Assembly: GCA_964403585.1 (NCBI GenBank) | Contig: CAYOFQ010000001.1 | Location: 398,456-441,363, forward strand | DNA length: 42,908 nt | Source of the DNA: an uncultured Gammaproteobacteria bacterium | Lineage (GTDB): Bacteria; Patescibacteriota; Microgenomatia; JALYQM01 | Direction: 5' to 3' | Shown: positions 1 to 9,278 of the stretch, piece after piece | Numbering within the stretch: position 1 is the first letter of the stretch | Layout of the letters: every line of letters starts with the position of its first letter | Program-made: the position numbers and the translations under genes | The notes under the pieces: generated by a model | What the model saw: the letters and a program-made list of their open reading frames with translations, nothing else | Told to the model about the DNA's origin: nothing | Databases searched by the model: none

Positions 1-1
1 A

Positions 2-205
2 CTAAGCTTGAACGAAAAGAATAAACACCTCCAGAATTTTAAAAACTGGTCAAAGCCGGTGTACGGCGAATTACTCACCATGCTAATTAAAAACTGGCGG
101 AGCAAGGCCTGGAACAATTACCGGCTGCTTACCTACAACGAAACATCCCGTGTGCAAATTGAACAGGCTGCAACCAGATTGGCGCGATATCTTAAGATTC
201 GCTGA
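2..205 (+). CDS. hypothetical protein, 3' fragment (ORF open to the left window edge)
   Basis: The frame stays open from base 2 through the TTG at 8 to TGA at 203-205. No motif was recognised. It converges on and overlaps the NUDIX gene by 14 nt. Confidence 0.3.
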   Translation, partial: LSLNEKNKHLQNFKNWSKPVYGELLTMLIKNWRSKAWNNYRLLTYNETSRVQIEQAATRLARYLKIR

Positions 206-866
206 ATAACAAATCCTCACGAGCTCGTGCAATCCGATCTTCAATTCTTCTTGGATTAAAAAGGAAGTGATCTATAACAAAAACCTCCCCATGAGAAATA
301 CCTTCTGGATGTCGCTGGGTAACTCGTCGGAATGCTTCAGCCGGAGGCAACCAAAGTGCATGGGTAACTTCTGCATCATTTACACTAGGAGGGTGGCAGT
401 TTGGTTGAAATACAGCTTTAAATAGTAACAGTATCCTATCAGGATCTTTACAGATAATACCTGGAGAGTCAACAGAAACATCCAGCAGTTCCGTTACTTG
501 ATACTGATCTGAGGAATATCCGGTCTCTTCAGAAACTTCACGGGCCAATGCACGCCAAAACGAACGATCAGTTCGATCAATATGTCCGGCCGGATTGCCC
601 CAGGTATTCTTCGTGGAGTTATAAACCAGTAATACTTCCTGAAACCAGTTAAATGCGTTAACCAGCCTTCCATCAACCGGCAGAAAATCCGGATCAGTTA
701 CCCGGCGGATAGGGTCGACCTCGCGAACCCCAATAATCCCGACACTTCCCTCCAGCCGCCCTGATACAAGAAGCTGATGTATTTCCTTAAAGAACGGCCC
801 ATGCCGACGGATCAATGCTTCATCAATCCAAAACTCCGGCGGTATAAAACGAGTCTCCTGTAACAT
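192..866 (-). CDS. NUDIX-family hydrolase
   Basis: Nudix-box-like segment GHIDRTDRSFWRALAREVSEETGY (REVxEETG core) in a 224-aa ORF. Confidence 0.7.
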   Translation of the reverse strand: MLQETRFIPPEFWIDEALIRRHGPFFKEIHQLLVSGRLEGSVGIIGVREVDPIRRVTDPDFLPVDGRLVNAFNWFQEVLLVYNSTKNTWGNPAGHIDRTDRSFWRALAREVSEETGYSSDQYQVTELLDVSVDSPGIICKDPDRILLLFKAVFQPNCHPPSVNDAEVTHALWLPPAEAFRRVTQRHPEGISHGEVFVIDHFLFNPRRIEDRIARAREDLLFSES

Positions 867-928
867 TATGCGAAAATAATACTATATCTTTTAGTACAAA
901 TACAGCAAAGTACGGTATAATAGACCTC

Positions 929-2029
929 ATGGAACGATTTATACTGGTAAACGTCATACCACCCAAAATAGATAAAGAGCAAGCCGAACAGGATCTGGCC
1001 GAGTTAATGTCCCTCGTCACAACCTTTGGCGGGGCTACCGTTGTCAAAATTATTCAGCGCCGTGACTATCCGGATAACGATACCTTCATTGGTAAAGGGA
1101 AAGCCGATGAGCTGAAAGAAGCGATTAAAGCCGAAAAGGCCAGCGCGGTTGTGTTAAATGCGGTGGTGAAACCTACCCAGAAATTCAACTTACAACGCTA
1201 TATCACCGATACAAAGGAAGATGTCGCAGTGTGGGATCGGGTTGACCTGATTCTCCATATTTTTTCGAAACATGCCAATACGGCAGAAGCGAAACTACAA
1301 ATAGAGTTGGCAAGAATGCGCCACATGGGACCGCGTATGTACGGACTGGGCGGCACCGTCTTGTCTCGCCAGGGGGGCGGTATTGGCACCCGTGGTATTG
1401 GAGAAACTAACATTGAGTTAATGAAGCGACACTGGCAGCGTGAAATCAAACAGACCGAAGATAAACTTAAAAAGCTTACCACCGAACGCGAGAAGCAGTT
1501 GGAACGCCGACGGGAACTCGGTTTAAAGACAGTCTCTATCGTGGGGTATACCAATGCCGGCAAAACATCGTTGTTCAACTTACTGTCCAAAAAGCAGAAG
1601 TTAGTCGAAAATGCTCTTTTCGCAACATTGGATAGCGCTGTCGGTCAGTTGTATCTTCCCGGTCTGCAGTCAACAGTGCTGATCTCGGATACCATAGGAT
1701 TTATCCAGAACCTCCCGCCACAGTTAATCGATGCATTTAAATCTACGCTTATGGAATCAGTGAATGCGGATGTACTGCTTCATGTTATCGATATCACAGA
1801 CCCAAAAATGCAGGAAAAAATCACCGCCGTCGAAGAAATTTTAACTGATCTGGGCGTAGGAGACAAAAAGAAAATCTATGTTTTCAATAAAATTGACGCG
1901 CTCCCCAATCACGATCCCCTTGAGCTCCACCATCAATACAACGAGCACCATCCCGTCTTTATCTCAGTAGCCAATAAGCAGGGAATTACCGAATTAACCT
2001 CACAGATAGAGCACGCAGTAGAGTTCTAA
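929..2029 (+). CDS. hflX: GTPase HflX
   Basis: HflX-type N-terminal domain (ELARMRHMGPRMYGLGGTVLSRQGGGIGTRGIGETNIE). G1 is GYTNAGKTS, G3 is DTIGF and G4 is NKID. TATAAT at 916-921 lies 7 nt before the ATG. Confidence 0.9.
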   Translation: MERFILVNVIPPKIDKEQAEQDLAELMSLVTTFGGATVVKIIQRRDYPDNDTFIGKGKADELKEAIKAEKASAVVLNAVVKPTQKFNLQRYITDTKEDVAVWDRVDLILHIFSKHANTAEAKLQIELARMRHMGPRMYGLGGTVLSRQGGGIGTRGIGETNIELMKRHWQREIKQTEDKLKKLTTEREKQLERRRELGLKTVSIVGYTNAGKTSLFNLLSKKQKLVENALFATLDSAVGQLYLPGLQSTVLISDTIGFIQNLPPQLIDAFKSTLMESVNADVLLHVIDITDPKMQEKITAVEEILTDLGVGDKKKIYVFNKIDALPNHDPLELHHQYNEHHPVFISVANKQGITELTSQIEHAVEF

Positions 2030-2077
2030 CTCCAGTGGTTGCGTTTGACAGCAAGTCTCACTACCATAATCTGTAGA

Positions 2078-4291
2078 ATGTCAAAAACAGTGATCATTAC
2101 CGGAGCTAATTCAGGAATTGGCAAAGAACTGGCAATCCTATCGGCAAAAACAGGGGACAAGGTTATCCTAACCGTACGAAGTAAGAAAGCGGAAGAATCC
2201 CTAAGTAAAGATTTGAGCAAGAGAAAGCTAACTGGAAAGTGCTCAATCTACCTTTTGGATCTTGAGTCGTTGGACTCAGTTAAAGAATGTTGCCGGCAAC
2301 TCCAAGCAGAAGGCCAAACAGCTAACCTGCTCATTCTTAATGCCGGAATTCATATTCCGTTTTCCAACACTCGGACCCGTAATAATTTTGAAAAACACTA
2401 TCAAGTCAATTTCCTTTCCAATGTCCTTTTTACCAACCTCTTAATCGCTAACAATGTGCTGGTCCCGGACGCCACAGTGACCTATATATCGAGTAATGCG
2501 CATAAGCAGGTGGAAAAAACCTGGTCAAAACTGAATACCTATATCTACAACTACGCATATTCAAAGTTTTGTGCGACTACCTACTTTCTGCATTTTCAGC
2601 AATTGTATCCCCGCCTGAGAATAAAAATTATTCATCCGGGACTGGTTAATAGCGAAATTAACCGGTATAAATCACCATTACTGGTAACCTTCTATAAGAC
2701 TTTCCGTACGTATATCAATCCGGGTGCGGCTGCTCAAAATATTTATAAAATCGTCAGTGATCCGGACCCGCAGATCTATTGGGAATTTTCCCGGAAAGGA
2801 CGAGTTGCTGCACTAAGCCTCAATTGCACAGTGGCTACCCAAATTTGGAATAAGGCATCGCATGACCTGCAGAACTATTTACCATTCATTGCCCGGGTAA
2901 AACTGGTTCCTGTTGCTAACTTTGCGCGTACTTTTACCGGATTAAGTGCTGTCGTGCAGTATCCTGCTACACCAACTGCAGTGTGTAAGATAGTTAAAGA
3001 GGCAATCAGCAACAATCTCACTATTCGCACCGTCGGAGCACGTCATTCATATAATGACTCATTTGATTCCAAACAAGTAAGCGTATCTCTCAAAAACTTA
3101 ACTAAAATCAAAAAAATTGATAAAAAACACTCGACGGTAATATGCCAGGGCGGAGTTACCATCAATAAACTTGTCACTGAGCTACACAAAAAAGGTCTAA
3201 CGCTTCCATTCAGTGGAGACTATGGTGAACAGACAGTCGCCGGCGCCATCAGCACGGGCACGCACGGGTATGCACGGTATGGAGGATGTCTTTCAGAGTT
3301 AGTAAAAGCGATGACGGTAGTCAACGGAAAAGGCGAGCTCCAAACCATAACTCAGGAAGACGAACTTGTCCTCGCACGATTATCACTGGGAATGTTTGGC
3401 ATTATTTGCGAGGTAGAGCTTAACGTAATTCGTGTTAACCGCTACTGTGAATACTCGCTTCAAACAATGCACAAAGACATACTCTTTAATAATCTACCCC
3501 GCGATTGCCAGGACAGCGATCATCTCCGATTCTTACTCAATCCATTTAACATGAACTATTTCATTATCATGAAAATCAAGGAGTATCCTTTAACTAAGAT
3601 AATGGAGAACCGAATTCGTAAACGAATTCATTTTGCTGTACCTGAGCGTAAGCATGATCATTCGGAAAGTAATTTTTTTCTGCTGGTAAGATCTCTCATT
3701 CGGCATAACAGGCTAATAAAATATATTCTGTACCGCCTCTCTATGAATATACATAAAAAGTATTATTTCATGTTCGATACCGGTGTATTTATTAATGATG
3801 GGCTTGGTAACAACAGGTTTCCTTTTTTCAAACTGATTTATAAAGCCCTTAAAAAAAACAAAGAATACGATATGGAAATTGCTGTTCCTGTTGAGAGTTT
3901 CGAAAACTTTTATACTTTCTTTACTAACCTCGTCGTAAAATTTCGGAAGCGCGATCGACGGTTTGAAGCTTTTCTTTCAACACGGTATTTGGGGCAGTCC
4001 GGCAAAGTGCTGCTGGCCGGAAATTATCATAATTCTGTTGTCTACAACGACGTATTCGTGTACAAAAATACACCATTGGCTCGGGAGTTCTTACATGAAT
4101 TGGAAGTAGGTTCTATTACGCAGTTTCAGGGTAAAATGCATTGGGGAAAATATATGACCACCGCTTATCCGTTTATTTTGCAGAATTACCCTCAGTCTGA
4201 TATTAAGAAATCCGTACGGCTGAGAAAAAAATATGATCCGGACAAAATATTTTCCAATTATTATACTCAACGGCTATTTGGTGATGTATAG
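2078..4291 (+). CDS. fusion protein: short-chain dehydrogenase/reductase (N-terminal) plus FAD-linked oxidase with ALO-type C-terminal domain
   Basis: SDR motifs are TGANSGIGKE and YAYSK (YxxxK). FAD PCMH-type motifs are GARHSYND and AISTGTHG. ALO-like C-terminal motifs are MHWGKY and DPDKIFSN. ATG 2078 is preferred over the track's TTG 2039 because MSKTVIITGANSGIG is a canonical SDR N-terminus and CATAAT 2065-2070 lies 7 nt upstream. Confidence 0.8.
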   Translation: MSKTVIITGANSGIGKELAILSAKTGDKVILTVRSKKAEESLSKDLSKRKLTGKCSIYLLDLESLDSVKECCRQLQAEGQTANLLILNAGIHIPFSNTRTRNNFEKHYQVNFLSNVLFTNLLIANNVLVPDATVTYISSNAHKQVEKTWSKLNTYIYNYAYSKFCATTYFLHFQQLYPRLRIKIIHPGLVNSEINRYKSPLLVTFYKTFRTYINPGAAAQNIYKIVSDPDPQIYWEFSRKGRVAALSLNCTVATQIWNKASHDLQNYLPFIARVKLVPVANFARTFTGLSAVVQYPATPTAVCKIVKEAISNNLTIRTVGARHSYNDSFDSKQVSVSLKNLTKIKKIDKKHSTVICQGGVTINKLVTELHKKGLTLPFSGDYGEQTVAGAISTGTHGYARYGGCLSELVKAMTVVNGKGELQTITQEDELVLARLSLGMFGIICEVELNVIRVNRYCEYSLQTMHKDILFNNLPRDCQDSDHLRFLLNPFNMNYFIIMKIKEYPLTKIMENRIRKRIHFAVPERKHDHSESNFFLLVRSLIRHNRLIKYILYRLSMNIHKKYYFMFDTGVFINDGLGNNRFPFFKLIYKALKKNKEYDMEIAVPVESFENFYTFFTNLVVKFRKRDRRFEAFLSTRYLGQSGKVLLAGNYHNSVVYNDVFVYKNTPLAREFLHELEVGSITQFQGKMHWGKYMTTAYPFILQNYPQSDIKKSVRLRKKYDPDKIFSNYYTQRLFGDV

Positions 4292-4352
4292 TAGAACATT
4301 ATAGTATTGATTACAATTGACTTGTGCCTTTTAATGGTGAATAATCACTCAC

Positions 4353-5105
4353 GTGTTCAGCTTGATCCGCATCACCGAGAAACTCCTACACTCATTTATA
4401 CTTGCACTACTTTTCATACCGTTAATCTTCAACCACGTGATCTACGCATCAAGTGCGTACCACCACAACGTCACCGGCTTTGATATCTCGTACCCGCAAT
4501 GTAATAAAGAGTATCCTGCCAATCCGGCCTTCGCGGTTATTGGTATCAACGGCGGGCGTCCATTTACTGATAACCCCTGTTTTGCACACCAATATGAATG
4601 GGGGATTCAAAATTATGCCAAACCGGCAGTTTATATGAACCTCAGTTATATCAGCGAAAAAAATCGTGCCTACGCCTTTAACGGTCCATGGCAATGTGAC
4701 GAAACCAATGAAAGTTGTCTTGCCTATAACTACGGGTATCAAGCCGCAGTATACGCCTATGATAACGTTGAGAATGCCAAAACCAAACCGAGTATGTGGT
4801 GGTTGGATATCGAAATAATGAATACCTGGTCAGAGGATACCGAGCTCAATAAATTTGTCATCCAGGGAGCGCTTGATTTCCTCCATAAAAATGATCAGCA
4901 CGTCGGAATCTATTCAACCAACTACCAGTGGAAGAAGATTGCCGGAGATTTTAAACCCCAAGTACCCACCTGGGCGGCTGGAGCGAAAAATAAAGAATCT
5001 GCTTCCTTACGCTGCCAGGATTCGTATGCTTTCACCGGCGGAAAAGTTCTTATGGTGCAGTATATTTTGAATGATTTCGACCATAATTATTTGTGTAGCA
5101 AGTGA
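4353..5105 (+). CDS. secreted glycoside-hydrolase-like protein (GH25 / Rv2525c-like fold suspected)
   Basis: N-terminal hydrophobic signal (LLHSFILALLFIPLIF..ASS). GFDISYPQC, VIGINGGRPFTDNPCF, WWLDIE and GIYSTNYQW resemble lysozyme-like TIM-barrel families. GTG start, with TTGACT(4317-4322)-17 nt-AATAAT(4340-4345) upstream. Confidence 0.5.
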   Translation: MFSLIRITEKLLHSFILALLFIPLIFNHVIYASSAYHHNVTGFDISYPQCNKEYPANPAFAVIGINGGRPFTDNPCFAHQYEWGIQNYAKPAVYMNLSYISEKNRAYAFNGPWQCDETNESCLAYNYGYQAAVYAYDNVENAKTKPSMWWLDIEIMNTWSEDTELNKFVIQGALDFLHKNDQHVGIYSTNYQWKKIAGDFKPQVPTWAAGAKNKESASLRCQDSYAFTGGKVLMVQYILNDFDHNYLCSK

Positions 5106-5106
5106 G

Positions 5107-5325
5107 TTAGAACCGTATCCGGTCAAGGTAAAAATCCACCTCATCAAATGAATGATAGACCCCATCCTCCAGCTGTTGCAGGATCGCCAATACGTGGTTT
5201 TCTGCCCGTTGCATACGCGCGTAGTGAAGAATGTCATTTTTCGCGACCGGATAACGAAGCCCAACCAAATATGACTCAACATAGTCAACAGTTATTTCTG
5301 GAGTGGCATCCAGAAGATCATCCAT
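5107..5325 (-). CDS. DUF2795-like small protein
   Basis: 72 aa. YLVGLRYPVAKNDILHYARMQRAENHVLAILQQLEDGVYHSFDEV matches the DUF2795 pattern from memory. GGAG lies 8 nt upstream of the ATG. Confidence 0.65.
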   Translation of the reverse strand: MDDLLDATPEITVDYVESYLVGLRYPVAKNDILHYARMQRAENHVLAILQQLEDGVYHSFDEVDFYLDRIRF

Positions 5326-5445
5326 ATACTGGTCTCCTTTTTTAGGTAAAAATTAATACATTAACAGTATAACATAATTTTACAATAATGATAATAAGAA
5401 AGTTGGTGGATTGTATTAATAAAAATTAGTCGATACAATAAAAAT

Positions 5446-7095
5446 ATGATTACACCAGACTTATTAAATTATTTACGACAGGAATTACGCAAAGGAAAGT
5501 CACCGGATACGGTAAAACAGGAAATGGTTGCCAACGGTTGGCAAGGCGCAGATGTTGACGAAGGCCTCGCCAGCATTCAAAACGAGGCACCGGTAGTAAC
5601 AACATCAGGCTATCAGCCTTCCAAAGCACCAATGGCTATTATCGGTATAATCTTACTGGTTCTCCTCGGTGCCGGGGGAGTTCTTGCTTACTTCTTCATC
5701 TATGACACACCTGAACGAATGATGCAAACAATGGCAACTAACCTGGAAAAAGTTAAGACCTATGAGTTTAAAGGATCTGCACAAATAGATGTTACCAGTT
5801 CCAATGATGCCTTTTCGGATAAAGGAACGGAGGAACATTTAAATCCGCTGCAAGGGATACAGGAAGCTTTTGCGGCAACGAGTGTTTTTAATATGCAAGT
5901 CCAATTTGATGGCAGGGCAGACGAGGACGATGAAAGTAATCCCAAAGCCGAAACAAATTTCACGGTAGACTATAAAGGTTCCGATGGATCGAGCATGCAA
6001 GCAAAAGTTGACACCAGAACGGTAGATAAGGTGATCTATTTCAATGCGCGAAAAATGCCCGATACTGGTGGGTTGATGGATTTCAGTATGTTCGAAAATA
6101 AGTGGATTAAAATGGATATGGCTATGAGCGGTCTGTCTAGTTCTCCATTGCTCGGCGGGATCGGCGTCGCCACCGATTCTTCCCAACTGAAAAAGGTTAA
6201 GGAACATAAAGAAAAATTGGAGCAGGCCTATCTTCGCCACCGCTTTATGATATTCGACCGTGCAGTAACATCAGAAACTGTTAATGGCGTTGATACCAAG
6301 CACTATAAATATAAGATTGATTCCGAACTGTTAAAAGGTTTTTTGATCGAGGCTGTGCCGATCGTTTCAGAGCAGAAAATATCTAATAAAGAAGCCGAGG
6401 AACAATTCAAGTCATTTAATATTTTAAAAAACGCCACAGGGGATATCTGGGTTGGCAAAAAAGATGTACTTCCATACAAATTCTCCTTCCAAACTGAGCT
6501 TCGGGACGATGCGGATAAAACCAGTTCAGGTAAGCTATCCTTTACTATGGAGCTGAATAATTTTAATAAATCATTCCAGATAACCGCACCCGAAGGAGCA
6601 AAAACATTCGAAGAACTGGGACAGGAAGTAATGGAGAGTTATTACGGAAGCAGTGGATCAGGCTCCATCCTTGCCCGTTCGCGGGATTCTCAACGGCTCT
6701 CCGACATAACAACTATTCGTAAGGCTATCGACGCAACCATGGCCATGGACGCCAATAAAAAACTTCCGGTATGTCGAAAAAGCAGCGATCAAACCAAGTG
6801 TTCGTCAGCCGGAGCTGAAACAAATACGGCTAAGCGGTCGGCTAAAAACGGGTGGATTCCGTTTGATATGAGTGAGTTCCTGGCCACCTTGCCGGTCGAC
6901 CCGATGAATGGTCAGAAAATGGTTAATGCTGCCGGCGATGAAGTAACCGCGTATTATTTTTACCGGTCCGATGGGTCTACCTATAAAATAGCCACATATA
7001 TGGAAGATCCTTCAAACCTGGTCAAAGCCCAAAGTGACGGTGGTACCGATCCGGAATTATTCGAAACCGGTACCGGTATGACGTTGCCTTTGTAA
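5446..7095 (+). CDS. membrane-anchored protein with pilin-like C-terminal domain
   Basis: Soluble N-terminal about 60 aa, then one TM helix (MAIIGIILLVLLGAGGVLAYFFIY) and a large extracytoplasmic region. The C-terminus carries RDSQRLSDITTIRKAID, LPVDPMNG and YYFYRSDGSTYKIATYMEDPSN, as in type IV pilin-like heads. Confidence 0.5.
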   Translation: MITPDLLNYLRQELRKGKSPDTVKQEMVANGWQGADVDEGLASIQNEAPVVTTSGYQPSKAPMAIIGIILLVLLGAGGVLAYFFIYDTPERMMQTMATNLEKVKTYEFKGSAQIDVTSSNDAFSDKGTEEHLNPLQGIQEAFAATSVFNMQVQFDGRADEDDESNPKAETNFTVDYKGSDGSSMQAKVDTRTVDKVIYFNARKMPDTGGLMDFSMFENKWIKMDMAMSGLSSSPLLGGIGVATDSSQLKKVKEHKEKLEQAYLRHRFMIFDRAVTSETVNGVDTKHYKYKIDSELLKGFLIEAVPIVSEQKISNKEAEEQFKSFNILKNATGDIWVGKKDVLPYKFSFQTELRDDADKTSSGKLSFTMELNNFNKSFQITAPEGAKTFEELGQEVMESYYGSSGSGSILARSRDSQRLSDITTIRKAIDATMAMDANKKLPVCRKSSDQTKCSSAGAETNTAKRSAKNGWIPFDMSEFLATLPVDPMNGQKMVNAAGDEVTAYYFYRSDGSTYKIATYMEDPSNLVKAQSDGGTDPELFETGTGMTLPL

Positions 7096-7096
7096 T

Positions 7097-7519
7097 ATGG
7101 ATCAAAATCAAAGTAAAAACTGGCACTCTCGACATAAGGATCAACTTACTTTTGGCCAAAAAATTGCCGATGCTGTCGCAAATGGAATGGGCAGTTGGGG
7201 CTTTATCATTGGCCAATCAATCTTTGTCGGCATTTGGATTGTAATCAACCTAATCGCGTATTTTCAGCACTGGGATCCGTACCCGTTCATTCTGCTGAAT
7301 CTCCTGTTCTCAACACAGGCGGCCTATGCTGCACCAATCATTATGATGTCCCAAAATAGACAAGAGCAACGTGATCGTATTCAGGCCGAAGAAGACTTCA
7401 GGACAAATCTCAAAGCTAAAAAAGAAATTGAAGAACTGCAGGAATCCCTATCTCGTATCGAAGTTGAGAAGTTGGACAAGATTTTACGTATTCTGGAGAA
7501 GATAGAAAAGGGAAAATGA
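7097..7519 (+). CDS. DUF1003-family membrane protein
   Basis: FGQKIADAVANGMGSWGFIIGQ, WDPYPFILLNLLFSTQAAYAAPIIMMSQNRQ and a C-terminal coiled coil give a typical DUF1003 layout. Confidence 0.7.
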   Translation: MDQNQSKNWHSRHKDQLTFGQKIADAVANGMGSWGFIIGQSIFVGIWIVINLIAYFQHWDPYPFILLNLLFSTQAAYAAPIIMMSQNRQEQRDRIQAEEDFRTNLKAKKEIEELQESLSRIEVEKLDKILRILEKIEKGK

Positions 7520-7520
7520 T

Positions 7521-8150
7521 ATGAAGCCTGCCCATCACCATAAGGGTAACCCGGTAGTACCGATAATGGTTACACTGGTTTTAGTCCTTACTTTTCTATC
7601 AGCGATCACCTTAATTGTTGGAAAATATCGACTTGTATCACGGGTAAGCACCTCACTTGCCCGGGCATCGTGTGATACAAGCTTTTTTACCGTCTCTGTG
7701 CCAAACGGAGCTACATTCTCAACCGGCTGTATTGGTAACAATGTACAAATCTATACTGACGATAACCGGTATACGTTTTTTCATCCAAGCGCTGTTTTGA
7801 ATAACCAGGCTTTTATTCAAACACCAAATAGGGAAGTAAAAGATCGTACATCCCTGAGTTGGGACGTCGAGTTCAGTAAACCAGCTACAATTTACCTGAT
7901 GGTCCGGCACGTGCCCGGGGTGAATCAGACGCCAGCATGGATTACCGGTGGAGGCTACGTACGCCAAACTACTGACGAATTGATAAATACTAACCAGTAT
8001 CTCCTTCGGAAAAGTGAGCAGGGAGTAATTGGAATGTATGACATATACTCCAAAGACGTTCCATCCGGCCCGGAAAAATTCTATGCCGCATCTGACGAGA
8101 AGTTCACTGCCTACTCCATGTATCTGGTGGCAGTGGTACCACGAAACTAA
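7521..8150 (+). CDS. hypothetical membrane-anchored/secreted protein
   Basis: 209-aa ORF that starts 1 nt after the previous stop. N-terminal TM helix (VVPIMVTLVLVLTFLSAITLIVG). No motif recognised. Confidence 0.45.
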   Translation: MKPAHHHKGNPVVPIMVTLVLVLTFLSAITLIVGKYRLVSRVSTSLARASCDTSFFTVSVPNGATFSTGCIGNNVQIYTDDNRYTFFHPSAVLNNQAFIQTPNREVKDRTSLSWDVEFSKPATIYLMVRHVPGVNQTPAWITGGGYVRQTTDELINTNQYLLRKSEQGVIGMYDIYSKDVPSGPEKFYAASDEKFTAYSMYLVAVVPRN

Positions 8151-8584
8151 AGTTGGTTAACCATTTGTCGCAAATAGTATGCCGAATCCAATTCCTCGAA
8201 TTCGTCCTTGGTAACCCAGCGGAATTCGGTATGTTCATTACTGAGCGTCACTGAGTCGGTTGTTGCTTGTGCTCGGTAACCGATAAAAATATAGTAGATG
8301 TTATTCTCAAAATTAGTTTCAACTTGTACCGGATTGATATCACCAATCTCCAAACCGGTTTCTTCAGCAATTTCCCGTAATAACGAATCCCAGTGCTTCT
8401 CACCAAACATGACATTACCTCCGGGTAAGTCCCATTTATTAGGCCGGATAGGATGGTAATCTGCCCGCTTTATTGTTAAAAAGCGCCTGGAACCGTCGGG
8501 ATGAAGCAGAGCCACTTTTTGGAAGAACTTAATATCATCCGTAAACATGTATTTACGTTTTGATTCATCAGCTGGTGCCGGCAT
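8147..8584 (-). CDS. NUDIX hydrolase
   Basis: Canonical Nudix box GGNVMFGEKHWDSLLREIAEETGL (Gx5Ex7REUxEExGU). GGAG lies 5 nt upstream of the ATG. Confidence 0.8.
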   Translation of the reverse strand: MPAPADESKRKYMFTDDIKFFQKVALLHPDGSRRFLTIKRADYHPIRPNKWDLPGGNVMFGEKHWDSLLREIAEETGLEIGDINPVQVETNFENNIYYIFIGYRAQATTDSVTLSNEHTEFRWVTKDEFEELDSAYYLRQMVNQL

Positions 8585-8595
8585 AAGATCTCCAG

Positions 8596-9273
8596 TTATT
8601 GCGCTACAGTTACGCTCTTCATAACTACCGGTTCTACAGGTCGATCATTCGCGCCTGTTTGAACATTCGCAATAGCATCAACAACATCCTGTCCCTGAGT
8701 TACGTGCCCAAAAATAGTGTAGGCATTAGGAAGAGGGTAGTCCTGATGCATAATAAAGAATTGGCTGCCGTTGGTATTCGGTCCGGCATTTGCCATCGCC
8801 ACTACGCCTTTTTTATATCCGTTCTTGTATGATTCGGTATTCGGATTTAGTTCATCCGCAAATTTGTATCCCGGACCACCTCCGCCAGTTCCTGTCGGAT
8901 CTCCCCCCTGAATCATAAAGTCTTTAATAACACGGTGAAAGGTTACATTGTTATAAAATCCTTTTTTAGCCAATGTTACAAAATTCTCAACTGTCTTTGG
9001 TGCATCTTCATTGTACATTTCAATCACAATAGTGCCTTTATTCGTTTCCATTGTAATAATATCTCGCTTCATATTTTTTCTCTCCGTAGGTGTTGTTGCC
9101 GATGTACTTGCAGATGGAACACCACTCGATGTAACTTTCGACGGGCTTGAAGCTGCTGGTGATCCGCTTCCATAGTAGTGTATACCGGAATCCACTTCCT
9201 CTTTTTGCTTCGACGCACATCCTGCCAAAACAACAATAAATGATAATAGAGCAATCAAAGATACCTTTTTCAT
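8596..9273 (-). CDS. peptidyl-prolyl cis-trans isomerase, cyclophilin type, lipoprotein
   Basis: Lipobox VLAGC. Cyclophilin motifs are FHRVIKDFMIQGGDP, GVVAMANAGPNTNGSQFFI and FGHV. Confidence 0.9.
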   Translation of the reverse strand: MKKVSLIALLSFIVVLAGCASKQKEEVDSGIHYYGSGSPAASSPSKVTSSGVPSASTSATTPTERKNMKRDIITMETNKGTIVIEMYNEDAPKTVENFVTLAKKGFYNNVTFHRVIKDFMIQGGDPTGTGGGGPGYKFADELNPNTESYKNGYKKGVVAMANAGPNTNGSQFFIMHQDYPLPNAYTIFGHVTQGQDVVDAIANVQTGANDRPVEPVVMKSVTVAQ

Positions 9274-9278
9274 AACCC

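Noticed and set aside
494-1590. Track ORFs 494-676(-), 823-1047(-) and 1198-1590(-)
   Set aside because: These are alternative-frame or antisense shadows inside or across the well-supported NUDIX and hflX genes. They have no motifs and odd composition.
2026-2444. Track ORFs 2026-2220(-) and 2262-2444(+), and the TTG start at 2039
   Set aside because: These are shadow ORFs within the SDR domain. ATG 2078 gives a canonical SDR N-terminus and sits 7 nt after a -10-like hexamer.
4449-6240. Many 60-133-aa ORFs overlapping 4353-5105, 5107-5325 and 5446-7095
   Set aside because: All lie inside longer ORFs that have recognisable signal peptides or motifs. They were treated as non-coding shadows.
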